A stretch of DNA of 64,000 nt from Parcubacteria group bacterium GW2011_GWA2_43_13 (GTDB lineage Bacteria > Patescibacteriota > Patescibacteriia > UBA9629 > GWA2-43-13), in contig LCFM01000001.1 in NCBI GenBank assembly GCA_000999025.1, positions 1,198-65,197 on the forward strand, written 5' to 3'. The notes below the pieces were generated by a model that was not told the origin of the DNA, did not search any database, and saw only the letters and a program-made list of their open reading frames with translations. Position 1 is the stretch's first letter, and each line of letters starts with the position of its first letter. This document shows positions 1-9,826 of this stretch, piece by piece. Position numbers and translations under genes: made by a program.

Positions 1-1200
1 GGCAAGACCGGTGCTTGCATTAAGCCCGGCTACTCCAAATCGTGTTGCCCCACCAATTGTAGTAAACCATCCACCTGCATATACGGTGTTGCCATCAGCG
101 CTTACTACCAATGCTTTCACCCCAGCGGCAGCAGATTCATTTGGATTCCAAGCGGTTATATTGCCCGTAGATGTATCAAATGCCGCGATACCATTCCGCG
201 TATTGGCTCCATTGTTAAAAGAAGTAAACCATCCGCCAGCATAGAGCGTGGTGCCATAGAGGGCTAAACTTAATACCGTACTATCACCATATGGCGTCCA
301 TGCATTTAAATTCCCTGTTGTTGTATTATAGGATGCGAGATATGGCCGTTCCTCACATCCTAATTCAGAATCCATGCACCAAAAATCCCCGCCAACATAC
401 AACGTTGTCCCATCTATCAAAAGCGCATATACATATGAATCCGGCTGGGGAACCCACGCAGTAGCATTGCCTGTCGTCGTATCCAATGCCGCTAAATACC
501 ATCGTGCCTGTCCACCAATGGTAGTAAACCATCCGCCAACATATAATGTTGTTCCAGTAAGAGCCATGGTAAGGACTTCAGCATTACCATTTGGATTCCA
601 GGCCGTGGCATTCCCTGTCGTGGTATCCAATGCGGCAATATAGTTCCGTGTCTGACCGCCAATAGTAGTAAAAGCTCCGCCGACGTATAATGTTGAGCCA
701 TTTAAGAGTAAAGAATAAACCATTCCATTTGCATTTGGGTTCCATGATCCATCAAGTGTACCGTTGGAATTGATATGAGCAATATAATTCCTACTAACTC
801 CTCCAACAAGTATAAATTCACCGCCAATATACCACCCGCCAGAGCCATCAGAAACAACTGCATTAACAGCATAATCCACACTCGGAAAAGGCGTCACAGC
901 CGCTCCGGTTGCAGTACTTACCGGCACCCCAAACCCGCCTTCATTCGGGCCAGCGACATAAGAACTCGCATTGCCGACATACTGTGTCCCATCGCTGGCA
1001 ACGGTTATTGCTGAATACGCATCTCTCATCGGGTACTCTGGAACCCACTGTGTCCCCTCTGGCGTTGCTTCCACAATCCCCAACACCTCTCCTCTGGAAG
1101 ATGGAGATGGCGCGGTCAACTTTCGAAAAACAAAAAAGCCAACCACGGCAACACATATAATAACAATGCTTGCAAAAAGAAAAATGGTTTTTTTACTCAT
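1..1200 (-). CDS. Membrane-anchored beta-propeller repeat surface protein (delta-60-like repeats), 3' end beyond the window
   Basis: Not in the ORF track because it runs off the edge. ATG at 1200 gives MSKKTIFLFASIVIICVAVVGFF (TM anchor), then repeats of type TLYVGGxFTTIGGQxRxYxAALDTTTGxATAWNP; frame open to position 1. Confidence 0.8.
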   Translation of the reverse strand, partial: MSKKTIFLFASIVIICVAVVGFFVFRKLTAPSPSSRGEVLGIVEATPEGTQWVPEYPMRDAYSAITVASDGTQYVGNASSYVAGPNEGGFGVPVSTATGAAVTPFPSVDYAVNAVVSDGSGGWYIGGEFILVGGVSRNYIAHINSNGTLDGSWNPNANGMVYSLLLNGSTLYVGGAFTTIGGQTRNYIAALDTTTGNATAWNPNGNAEVLTMALTGTTLYVGGWFTTIGGQARWYLAALDTTTGNATAWVPQPDSYVYALLIDGTTLYVGGDFWCMDSELGCEERPYLASYNTTTGNLNAWTPYGDSTVLSLALYGTTLYAGGWFTSFNNGANTRNGIAAFDTSTGNITAWNPNESAAAGVKALVVSADGNTVYAGGWFTTIGGATRFGVAGLNASTGLA

Positions 1201-1285
1201 AGATTCTTCATCTAAAATTTATTCTTTTATTATATCACTCCCTCTGCAATTGTAACACATTTTTGTCAAATTGATGTACGATGCC

Positions 1286-2848
1286 TTATGTAATTGACCG
1301 GTCTCTCATTTTTCCCATCAGCATCTCTTTCACCATTTGTGGGTTGGCTTTTCCTTTACTTTCTTTCATCACGCTCCCCACTAAAAACATAATGGCATTT
1401 TCTTTGCCGCCCTTGTAATCCGTAACCACTGAAGGATTTTCCGCTATCGCTTTGGCAATAAGCGCATCTAATTCCGCTGAATCAGAAACCTGTTCCAACC
1501 CTTCCTGCCCCATAATAGAGCGAGGGTCATCGCCTGTCTCAAACACTTTTCCCAAAATTACTTGAGCCGCAGAACTATTCACCTTATGTTCAAACACTAA
1601 TGCAAGCAACTCTGCAAAATTTTCCGGCGTTACTTTTGTATCTCGCAATCGCGCGCCGCTTGCATTAAGCACTGTCGCAAGTTTATTAATAAGCCAATTC
1701 CCAACTAATTGCGCTAATTTTTTCCCATGCTTTTCCCATACTTCTTCAGCGCTTCCTTCTGTTGTTTCCAAAGAGAGGAGCCATGCTCTTAATTCTGTAA
1801 TTGTCTGCTCGGCAAACTCTGCCCAATCGCGATCTTCGGTCAACACATACGCGTCTGCGTAACTAAACTCGTACTGGCTGATAAACCGCGCGCGCATCTG
1901 TTGGGGAAGTTCTGGTAATGATTCACGCAATTGTGGGATGGAGATAATACCTCCCCCTACCCCCTCCTTATCAAGGGAACGGCCACCAGTAAGATCAAAC
2001 CGCAAAGGCGGAATATCAGGGTCTGGGAAATAGCGATAATCTTTTGCATCTTCTTTTTCCCTCTGCACAATGGTTTCGCCTTTATGTTCATCCCATCCTC
2101 GTGTTGACTGCGCTGACGGAGGATTCCCCTGTTCCCATAATTTTGTGAGACGTTTGATCTCATATTCCAATGCCTTTTCAACGGCGCGGAAAGAATTGAG
2201 GTTTTTGATCTCTGTCTTGGGGTATAATTGTGTATCTCCTGCAGGACGCAAACTAATATTGGCATCACATCGCAAATGCCCTTTTTCCATATCTGCGTCA
2301 GAAATATCCAGCGCGCGCGCGAGCATGCGCAATTCTTTCAAAAATAACCCGGCTTGCGCAGAGGTGCGGACATCCGGTTCTGTTACAATTTCTATCAACG
2401 GTGTTCCTGCGCGATTATGATCAACCACGCTTGATCCAGGGGTGTGGTCATGCAATAATTTTGCCGCGTCTTCTTCCAAATGCAACCGATGAATACGAAT
2501 AGGCATCTGCTCTCCTCCATCATTCAATACAACAACCCCCTTGGTACCAAGGGGCTGATCATACTGAGATATTTGATACCCTTTCGGAAGGTCAGGATAA
2601 AAATAGTGCTTCCGATCAAATTTTGATTGTTCAGGAATATCGCACTCAAGCGCAAGCGCCATTTTCAGCGCAGAAATAATTGCATCCCGATTCGGAACAG
2701 GAAGCGTGCCCGGATGGGCAAGATCAATTTCATGTATCGCAGTGTTCATTGGCGCGTATTCACCACGATTATCCGCAGGAGAAAACATTTTGGAACATGT
2801 TTTCAATTGGATATGAATTTCAAGTCCGATAATAGTTTCAAGCGTCAT
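1286..2848 (-). CDS. gatB: Asp-tRNA(Asn)/Glu-tRNA(Gln) amidotransferase subunit B
   Basis: IGLEIHIQL, FDRKHYFYPDLPKGYQISQ, RxHLEEDAAK, DYRYFPDPD, C-terminal YqeY-like tail. Start 2848 overlaps the upstream stop (ATGA). Confidence 0.97.
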   Translation of the reverse strand: MTLETIIGLEIHIQLKTCSKMFSPADNRGEYAPMNTAIHEIDLAHPGTLPVPNRDAIISALKMALALECDIPEQSKFDRKHYFYPDLPKGYQISQYDQPLGTKGVVVLNDGGEQMPIRIHRLHLEEDAAKLLHDHTPGSSVVDHNRAGTPLIEIVTEPDVRTSAQAGLFLKELRMLARALDISDADMEKGHLRCDANISLRPAGDTQLYPKTEIKNLNSFRAVEKALEYEIKRLTKLWEQGNPPSAQSTRGWDEHKGETIVQREKEDAKDYRYFPDPDIPPLRFDLTGGRSLDKEGVGGGIISIPQLRESLPELPQQMRARFISQYEFSYADAYVLTEDRDWAEFAEQTITELRAWLLSLETTEGSAEEVWEKHGKKLAQLVGNWLINKLATVLNASGARLRDTKVTPENFAELLALVFEHKVNSSAAQVILGKVFETGDDPRSIMGQEGLEQVSDSAELDALIAKAIAENPSVVTDYKGGKENAIMFLVGSVMKESKGKANPQMVKEMLMGKMRDRSIT

Positions 2849-3660
2849 ACATTTTTCTTTACATCTTGATATAGCACCCATGTCCCGCTGACAAAATAGG
2901 GAGCAATAAGCATAGTCACAACTAATTGCGAAAGTTCAATCCACCAAATTGTTTCCGCGCCTTCACGAAACCCCTCACCAGGAGCGCCAATCAGCAATCC
3001 GATAATAAACACCATACCATACAACGCAATCACTGAAACGGCTAGCCCGACTATCACAAGCCATGCGGAACGAATAAAAAGCGCGCACCATTTTCCTCGC
3101 ACCAACGCGATACTCTTGCGCACCGTGTCGCTCATTGAGCAGTGCTCATCAATCAATACATATAAAGGGAAGGAAAAATAAACACTCAACGCAAAAAATA
3201 CCGCAAGAATCAGTAAAAATGTAATCACCGAAGCGCCTGGGATGTGCAGAGAAAACGCAGTTAACACAACCATTGGAAGTGAAACGATAAGAATGGCAAG
3301 CAATGACACTATCACCACAATCGCCACAATGCCGACAGCGGCTGGAAGATAGACCAGCGTTGATAAGAGATGTTTTTTAGAAAACCCACCACTCTCTCCT
3401 TGTGAATACTGTTTCATTGCCCGAATCAGGCACAGTTGAACCAATAACGCCAATAGTCCAAAAAAAACATAAAACACAATAGTTAAAAGTAATGTGTATC
3501 CTCCAAAATAAATGAGCTGGCCTATAGCATGGACAATAATCAGCGGAAGAATATACCATTTCACAAGGTGTAAAAATTCTCGCCAATGAGCACGAACAAC
3601 ACACCATGCTTCACTCACAAGCTGTTGCGAAGAAATCAGCCCGATTGTTTTATTTTTCAT
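2845..3660 (-). CDS. Polytopic membrane protein of unknown function
   Basis: 271 aa, about 6 hydrophobic helices; ATGA-coupled to tmk and gatB. Confidence 0.7.
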   Translation of the reverse strand: MKNKTIGLISSQQLVSEAWCVVRAHWREFLHLVKWYILPLIIVHAIGQLIYFGGYTLLLTIVFYVFFGLLALLVQLCLIRAMKQYSQGESGGFSKKHLLSTLVYLPAAVGIVAIVVIVSLLAILIVSLPMVVLTAFSLHIPGASVITFLLILAVFFALSVYFSFPLYVLIDEHCSMSDTVRKSIALVRGKWCALFIRSAWLVIVGLAVSVIALYGMVFIIGLLIGAPGEGFREGAETIWWIELSQLVVTMLIAPYFVSGTWVLYQDVKKNV

Positions 3661-4346
3661 AGAACATTTTTTGTAATATGAGGAAGTACCTTTTTGTATA
3701 GTGTATCATGAATTTCTTGCTTGGACAAAAGGATTCCGTCGGGCGCGCACTCAACTAACTCGATAGCGTCATAGACCGTGGTTAAATCACAATACGCAGA
3801 TCGCGCGGCTGACAAGTGAGCAGTATTTTTTTCATGGATATCCTGCTTTTTATCGCCTAAATATTCACGTTGCGATTTTTCCAAAATAAGCGCTTGAGAA
3901 ATCTCAACCGGCATGGAAAGAATAAATGTCCAATCAGGTCGCGGTATGCCAAACACGTCGTATTCCATAGCCGACAACCATTCCCAAAATTTTTTTCGCT
4001 CTTCAAGCGTTGCAAAATGCGCTCCCTGATGCCCCATATTACTTGAAACATACCGGTTCGCGAGCACGACTTTTCCCTCATTCAGCCAGACGAGTAATTT
4101 CTTTTTTGCCGCAAACCGATCAATCGTGTAAAACAGCGAGGCGACATAGGGGGAAATATCTTCAAACTCGCCATATCTGCCATTGAGATACTCTTCAATC
4201 GGGCCAGCTGATTTTGAACCATATTGAGGGAAATCAATGGTTTCAACTGCATATCCTTCGGTTTGCAGACGCTTTGCAAGTAACATATGCTGGGTGCCTT
4301 TCCCTGACCCATCCGTGCCGTCGAGAACAATCAATGTACCTTTCAT
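3657..4346 (-). CDS. tmk: Thymidylate kinase
   Basis: LIVLDGTDGSGKGTQ P-loop, DRF, NRYVSSN motifs. Confidence 0.93.
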   Translation of the reverse strand: MKGTLIVLDGTDGSGKGTQHMLLAKRLQTEGYAVETIDFPQYGSKSAGPIEEYLNGRYGEFEDISPYVASLFYTIDRFAAKKKLLVWLNEGKVVLANRYVSSNMGHQGAHFATLEERKKFWEWLSAMEYDVFGIPRPDWTFILSMPVEISQALILEKSQREYLGDKKQDIHEKNTAHLSAARSAYCDLTTVYDAIELVECAPDGILLSKQEIHDTLYKKVLPHITKNVL

Positions 4347-4472
4347 ACAATATCAAATTTCAAATGGCAAATATCAAATCAAACCCTAATGACAAAATAA
4401 AAAATTGTTTATTCTGTATTTTGGCATTCATTTGTAATGTGTCATTACGATTACATATTATCGAAATGTATA

Positions 4473-5930
4473 CTACGACTTCAACGCCTGTTCAAATTGT
4501 GCTGGTGTACCAACTGTCGAAAGATATTCCCCACTTGTATCAACGCGAATATATTTCGCCAACAACGGATGCACCTGTTCAATCGTGGAATACAATTGCT
4601 GTGCGATACGGCGATACGACGGATGCCCCTTCGGCGTTGAACGCAAGGCAATCACATGATGAAGTTCGCGTAAATTCCATGACACTAATGTCCGTTTTCG
4701 ATATGCAAGAGGAACACAATACTGCGCCTCATATGGAAAATCACCGGATACCTCATGATACAATTCTGCGGCGCGTGCCATCGCGGTTTCAAACTCGGAT
4801 TCAAGATGCGCCTCTGATATTTTGTACGGCATCTCATACCCATGAACCACAGTAACATCTTGGTTCATCTGCGTGCTCATGCGATGCCGTTGGATATCGC
4901 GAAACGCGCCATAGTCCATTAAGATATCATGCATATACTCCACAACCTCGCACTCCCGAGGAGGAGCATCAAAAGGGCCGCGTTGTACGAAACTGGCATC
5001 CACGATGCGTTCTTTTTCGCGCCAACTCATGCGCGAGGCGGTCTGAAAAATCTGATGATACGACTGCTGACCTCCGTGATACAGCAACGCGGTTATATAC
5101 TTTTCAACTGCCAGCGGATCATGCCACACCAATTCTACAGCCGATCGCGGTTGCTCCGGCGAGATACCTTCATAATGGTTGCACGATTCTGTGCGAATCA
5201 ATTCAACGTGCTGTTTGATATACTCCCGCTCATCTGCGAATTTAATCAACGTCGGAGTCACTTTCAACGCAACTTCTTTCATTTCCCTGCCAATAGCGCG
5301 AAGCTCTTCCAATGGATGAGAAAGAAATTTTACCAAAGCGTATTCAAGCCCGCGCGCATTGATTGTCATTCCAAGGTTGGTATATGTCGCGGTTGGCAAC
5401 AAATAACGCGCAACATCGCATGCCTGCGCTTTGCAAGATGCTTCCCAATATTTTAAGGGCTGATCAGCAGTAAGCGGTTGTTGTTTTTTTATATACTCAA
5501 TCAATTTACCGACAACTATCTCGTACTTTTCAAACATATCATCAAGCGTATCTTGATAACGCGCGCCATATTTTGATTGCATAACAGATGCAGGTTTGTA
5601 ATACCTGCCTTTGTCAAAAATCTGATACCGCGTTGATTTTTCAGTATACGAAGCCAGGCGATTATCCTCAATCACTTTGCTCGCGAGAATGGATACGTTC
5701 TCTATGGCAATAGAAAGAACCGCGTGTTCCGCGACTGATGCATGGCCATACCCAACAACCCATTTTTCATGAAACTGAGCAGACGATGCAGCAGTCAATT
5801 CTTTGGCAATATCTTTAAACGATTCAGGAGAACGCGATGTCTTGGCAAAGGCAACAGCAACAACCTCAGGACTTAACCCAAGGTCGTTCATCGTGTAGAT
5901 ATGTCTGTCGGTATCTGATGGAGAAAACAT
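4473..5930 (-). CDS. thyX: Flavin-dependent thymidylate synthase, tandem two-domain form
   Basis: YGHASVAEHA, SYTEKSTRY, DVARYLLP, RDIQRHR, NLRELHHVIALRS; 485 aa. Confidence 0.92.
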   Translation of the reverse strand: MFSPSDTDRHIYTMNDLGLSPEVVAVAFAKTSRSPESFKDIAKELTAASSAQFHEKWVVGYGHASVAEHAVLSIAIENVSILASKVIEDNRLASYTEKSTRYQIFDKGRYYKPASVMQSKYGARYQDTLDDMFEKYEIVVGKLIEYIKKQQPLTADQPLKYWEASCKAQACDVARYLLPTATYTNLGMTINARGLEYALVKFLSHPLEELRAIGREMKEVALKVTPTLIKFADEREYIKQHVELIRTESCNHYEGISPEQPRSAVELVWHDPLAVEKYITALLYHGGQQSYHQIFQTASRMSWREKERIVDASFVQRGPFDAPPRECEVVEYMHDILMDYGAFRDIQRHRMSTQMNQDVTVVHGYEMPYKISEAHLESEFETAMARAAELYHEVSGDFPYEAQYCVPLAYRKRTLVSWNLRELHHVIALRSTPKGHPSYRRIAQQLYSTIEQVHPLLAKYIRVDTSGEYLSTVGTPAQFEQALKS

Positions 5931-6009
5931 AGTTTGTACAGCGATCTGAATTTACGAATAACGCTCCGTATTCGTAGATTAGAATGTATTCGTAGATTAG
6001 GATTGTATA

Positions 6010-7125
6010 TTACCAAGCATTTTTAAAATGCTTTGAAAGCTTAGGGCCCAAATCCGTGTAATACGATCCTGCGCTTTGGGAATACACTTTTTCCGGTTGT
6101 TCGCTTAATTTTTCGTAAATCATCTTGCAAATAACCTGGCCATGCGTAATACGAAATGGAACGCTGTGAGGCCTCACTTCCAATACCGCAGTCGCTCCAG
6201 GCACACTGCCATCAACGCCATATCCGAATCCGGGATCAAAAAAACCGGCATAATGAGAACGTAGTTCGCCTGATGATACGTCATAGGCCGCCATTTCACA
6301 TGAATACGGAATAGGAACCCGTATCCGCTCAACTGATGCAAGTAAATAAAAAGAATTCGGCGCAAGAATGAGTTCTTCGCGCTCTTGGCGATAAATCGGT
6401 TCCCAGCATTGTTCAGCTTCAAGTGCTTCGCGCTGGCTTAAATCAATCACAACAGTGCTTGGCTTTGACCGCCAACCGATAATATCTCTGTTCTTTAAAT
6501 CCACGGTTAAAGCCAAAGAATTATTGTGAATATTCAACGCATGGGGAGGAAGCGGTTCATGCGCGTACGGATCAAATACTAATCCATACTGCGAATGTGC
6601 CAGTTTCAAATCAATCGTAGAAAGTTGTTGCGATTCATCGGTCTTAAACCGCAACTGGTTTAAAGAAAGTCCGGAAGAAACGGAAACAACAAACGAGAGA
6701 GGAATCACTTCAATATAGATCGGCCCTTTATACCCTCGCGGCACATAATCAAACTGTGGAGTGGCATCAACCAAAAGCCGCACAAATACATCAACCCTGC
6801 CAATAGAACTTTTCGGGCTTGCAACGGCAAAAATTTCATCAGGAAGCTCAACCGACTCTTGCAAAGGGATGATATAACTCGCATTTTTCTCAAGAATAGT
6901 ATGCTCTTTCAATTCAAAACTATATAAGGTGTATTTTTCAAGCAACTCCGCAATGGTTTCATTTTTTCGCGGTAAAATACTCGATGAAACCCGATATGCT
7001 CGTCGTCCCAATGTCATATCAAGAGACGCCGGCTGGATTTGATCTTCCCGGATACCGACTGATGACACAATCATGGGAGATGCCCCTAAAATCATCTCTT
7101 TGAGTTTTTGATACGGCAAAGTCAT
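6010..7125 (-). CDS. dcd: dCTP deaminase, long two-domain form
   Basis: QIQPASLDMTLG, SPKSSIGRVDVFVR, HYAGFFDPGFG, VLEVR. Confidence 0.9.
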   Translation of the reverse strand: MTLPYQKLKEMILGASPMIVSSVGIREDQIQPASLDMTLGRRAYRVSSSILPRKNETIAELLEKYTLYSFELKEHTILEKNASYIIPLQESVELPDEIFAVASPKSSIGRVDVFVRLLVDATPQFDYVPRGYKGPIYIEVIPLSFVVSVSSGLSLNQLRFKTDESQQLSTIDLKLAHSQYGLVFDPYAHEPLPPHALNIHNNSLALTVDLKNRDIIGWRSKPSTVVIDLSQREALEAEQCWEPIYRQEREELILAPNSFYLLASVERIRVPIPYSCEMAAYDVSSGELRSHYAGFFDPGFGYGVDGSVPGATAVLEVRPHSVPFRITHGQVICKMIYEKLSEQPEKVYSQSAGSYYTDLGPKLSKHFKNAW

Positions 7126-7142
7126 AGTGTGTGGGATGTGTC

Positions 7143-7191
7143 ATTGTATCAAACCCACTACCGAGCAACAATGTGAATAAACTGTGCACAA
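7143..7191 (-). promoter_or_regulatory. Putative dcd-thyX-tmk promoter with two adjacent DnaA-box-like 9-mers
   Basis: Minus strand TTGTTG (7166-7171), 17 bp, TGnTACAAT (7143-7148); TTATTCACA (7172-7180) and TTGTGCACA (7183-7191) directly upstream. Confidence 0.45.
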
Positions 7192-7227
7192 AAAAACCCG
7201 TACTCACCGGGGTGAGCACGGGTTTTG
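7191..7227 (-). terminator. Intrinsic terminator after rplA and the response regulator
   Basis: AAAACCCGT(A)CTCAC-cggg-GTGAG(C)ACGGGTTTT stem with a T-run on the minus strand. Confidence 0.75.
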
Positions 7228-7238
7228 AAATTCCTAAC

Positions 7239-7613
7239 CTATTTGCTTACATGCCCTACAATATAATCAAGCAATTCTGTCAATGAAACCTTTGTTTTAT
7301 AAAAATAATCTTTAATGCCGAGCTTACGTGCCCGATCTCTATCTTCTTCTTGCTCAAGATTCGACCATACAACAATCGGAGGAACTTTAGAACGATTACG
7401 CAACTCCTCCAATACTTCAAAGCCGTTCTTTGTCGGAAGAATAATATCAAGCACCACCAGCCCAATAGGATATTTTTCCAAAAAGCCAATAACCTCTCCG
7501 CCATCTTCGCAGATGAGCGGAATCAATCCCGCGGCCTCAATTTTTAAACTCAATACATGAGCCAACGGCTGATCATCTTCCACAATCAAGATATGTTTGT
7601 GTGTTTTTGACAT
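7239..7613 (-). CDS. Single-domain response regulator (receiver)
   Basis: ILIVEDD, VVLDIILPTKNGFEVL, conserved S and K; 124 aa. Confidence 0.88.
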   Translation of the reverse strand: MSKTHKHILIVEDDQPLAHVLSLKIEAAGLIPLICEDGGEVIGFLEKYPIGLVVLDIILPTKNGFEVLEELRNRSKVPPIVVWSNLEQEEDRDRARKLGIKDYFYKTKVSLTELLDYIVGHVSK

Positions 7614-7639
7614 AGATACAACCCAAGGGATACGACCAC

Positions 7640-8317
7640 TTAAACACGTATCCGAACACTCGGACCCATGGTGGATGAAATTGTCACTTTGTGAATAAAC
7701 AATCCTTTGGATCCATCCGGTTTCATCCTCTTTAAGATATCAATAAACGCCTGTATGTTTTCCAGAAGATCTGCAGAAGAAAACGAAGACCTTCCAACTG
7801 CCACATGAACGTTTCCAGTGTCATCGTTTTTAAAACTTACTCTGCCTTGCTTTATTTCAGCGATGGCTTTTTCAATATCTTGAGTAACTGTTCCTGATTT
7901 TGGCGATGGCATGAGCCCTTTAGGGCCTAAAATTTTCGCGATCACTGCCATGCTTTTCATCAGTGCCGGTTCCGCGATTGCGATATCAAAACCAATTTTC
8001 TTTGTAGTTTGAATTTCTTTAATCAAATCATCTCCTCCGGCAATATCAGCGCCTGCTTTTTTTGCCGCTTCAGGATTTGTCGTAAATACCGCCACTTTCT
8101 GCGTTTTCCCGGTACCATGAGGAAGAAGCAATGATCCTCTCACCTGCTGATCGCCCTGGCGCGGATCAATGCCAAGGTTGGCATGAATTTCAATAGTACT
8201 TTCAAACTTCGTTGTCGCTGTTTCTTTTACCTTTTCAACAGCTTCTTCCAGCGAATAATCACGAGATGAATCAACCTTTTTTACAGCGGTCTGATACCGC
8301 TTTGAACGTTGCGCCAT
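7640..8317 (-). CDS. rplA: 50S ribosomal protein L1
   Basis: LGIDPRQGDQQVRG, LPHGTGK, ILGPKGLMPSPKSGTV, SSTMGP; likely start MAQRSKRY. Confidence 0.97.
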   Translation of the reverse strand: MAQRSKRYQTAVKKVDSSRDYSLEEAVEKVKETATTKFESTIEIHANLGIDPRQGDQQVRGSLLLPHGTGKTQKVAVFTTNPEAAKKAGADIAGGDDLIKEIQTTKKIGFDIAIAEPALMKSMAVIAKILGPKGLMPSPKSGTVTQDIEKAIAEIKQGRVSFKNDDTGNVHVAVGRSSFSSADLLENIQAFIDILKRMKPDGSKGLFIHKVTISSTMGPSVRIRV

Positions 8318-8327
8318 AATGAAAATC

Positions 8328-8440
8328 GTGGTAAACGAAAAACGTCTCAAATGTCAGTTATCAGTTGTCAAATATCAAATTTGATCCGCCAGCTATCGGA
8401 GATATTTGAAAACTAACATTTGATCGTCTTTTCTCCCACA
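8328..8440 (-). promoter_or_regulatory. Putative L1 autoregulatory leader with an extended apical hairpin
   Basis: GUGGGAG...UUUACCAC closing motif of L1-binding leaders. A TTGACT-17-TACATT promoter (8459-8487) lies upstream. Confidence 0.6.
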
Positions 8441-8497
8441 ATGAAAAATAACCTACAAAATGTATCACAATAGTCAATAAAAGTCAAAACTCATGGG

Positions 8498-8713
8498 TTA
8501 CCCATTAATGAACTTATTCATATAAAATGTCCCCACAATTAAAGCTATAATGACAAATACCGCTCCGCTAAACTCAAAAAATTGCGGCAAAAAAGCATCC
8601 CCTGAACGCAATCCATTACACCATACCACACGCACTTCTTCAATCGGCTGAACAGCGCATGTTGACATGGTCAACGGAATCGCAAAATGGGTTTCTCCCC
8701 ATGTGATTTCCAT
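8498..8713 (-). CDS. Small hypothetical membrane protein
   Basis: 71 aa with a C-terminal TM helix; follows the 8723 ORF by 9 nt. Confidence 0.5.
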   Translation of the reverse strand: MEITWGETHFAIPLTMSTCAVQPIEEVRVVWCNGLRSGDAFLPQFFEFSGAVFVIIALIVGTFYMNKFING

Positions 8714-8722
8714 ATATTCCCA

Positions 8723-9130
8723 TTATGCCGCTTTCCGAGCTAAACGCCAATGGTACAGATACAACGGCAGACCCACCACAATCATGGCAATAGAAATCGC
8801 GGAAGTGCGGTAACGCTCTTGAATATAATACGGGATTTCCTGATCTTGCTGTTTGTTATAATCAGCCAAAAAATCACGCGCCTGCTGTTTTTCTTCTTCG
8901 CTGAACCCACACTTTTCCGCGCAACTAATAACCGCTTCGGCTGTTTGTTTTTCATACGGGACTGGCATAGCAGGATAAAACTGACGGCTATCGGCCTCTG
9001 CTTTTTTAAAAAGCGTTGCTTTCAACCCCATATCAAGCATCCGGACAGAACTAATCACTACCAACACCAACCCGATGATCGAAAATAAATAAATATATAC
9101 TAATCGTATCCAATGCATTTTTTCTGACAT
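8723..9130 (-). CDS. Two-TM protein, DUF5671-like
   Basis: IRLVYIYLFSIIGL and IAMIVVGLPLYLYHW, typical of this CPR family; likely start MSEK. Confidence 0.65.
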   Translation of the reverse strand: MSEKMHWIRLVYIYLFSIIGLVLVVISSVRMLDMGLKATLFKKAEADSRQFYPAMPVPYEKQTAEAVISCAEKCGFSEEEKQQARDFLADYNKQQDQEIPYYIQERYRTSAISIAMIVVGLPLYLYHWRLARKAA

Positions 9131-9343
9131 AGAAATAAAACAAATAACAATAAACAAAAAACAAATTACCACTACACAGCCGAAAACATATATAGTATAC
9201 CACAATCTGTCTTAACGACAAAAGCCGCCTATTAAGCGGCTTGAATGAAATACTCTCTACTAACAAAATACATATTTTTTGTCGCTTGTTTTTTGTTTCT
9301 CTGTTCTTTGGTGTATAGGTTCTTTCGTTTCTCAGTTCTTCTA

Positions 9344-9766
9344 TCACTTCACCTCCACTCCCATCTGACGCGCGGTGCCTGCAATAATCTTCATTGCATT
9401 ATCAACATCATATGCATTCAGATCAGGCATTTTGATCTCTGCAATTTCACGCAACTGATCTTGAGTAATTGATCCTTTTTTTTCAGTACTCGGCTTGCCT
9501 GATCCTTTTTCTATCTTTGCCGCTTTTTTGATCAATTCAGATGCCGGCGGTGTTTTTAAAACAAACGAAAATGTGCGATCTTCATAAATCGTAATCTCAA
9601 CCGGAATAATCTGACCGGTTTTGTCTTTTGTGGCATCATTATATTTTGTGCAAAAATCCTGAATATTAAGTCCATGCGGGCCGAGCGCAGTACCGACAGG
9701 AGGCGCGGGAGTTGCTTTTCCTGCAGGGATTTGTAGTTTTACCATTGCTTTGATTGGTTTTGCCAT
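9344..9766 (-). CDS. rplK: 50S ribosomal protein L11
   Basis: [35 protein letters not shown]. Confidence 0.98.
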   Translation of the reverse strand: MAKPIKAMVKLQIPAGKATPAPPVGTALGPHGLNIQDFCTKYNDATKDKTGQIIPVEITIYEDRTFSFVLKTPPASELIKKAAKIEKGSGKPSTEKKGSITQDQLREIAEIKMPDLNAYDVDNAMKIIAGTARQMGVEVK

Positions 9767-9826
9767 AGAATATACAACATTCGCGCGAAGCTCTCGAATA
9801 GTAATTCGAAATACGAAACATAATAA

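Noticed and set aside
1-900. Plus-strand ORFs 11-244 and 374-643 and the DNA repeats there
   Set aside because: Antisense shadows of the repeat protein on the minus strand; the repeats are protein-level blades.
7172-7191. Replication origin
   Set aside because: Only two DnaA-like boxes in a short spacer, with no extended AT-rich unwinding region and no dnaA or dnaN nearby.
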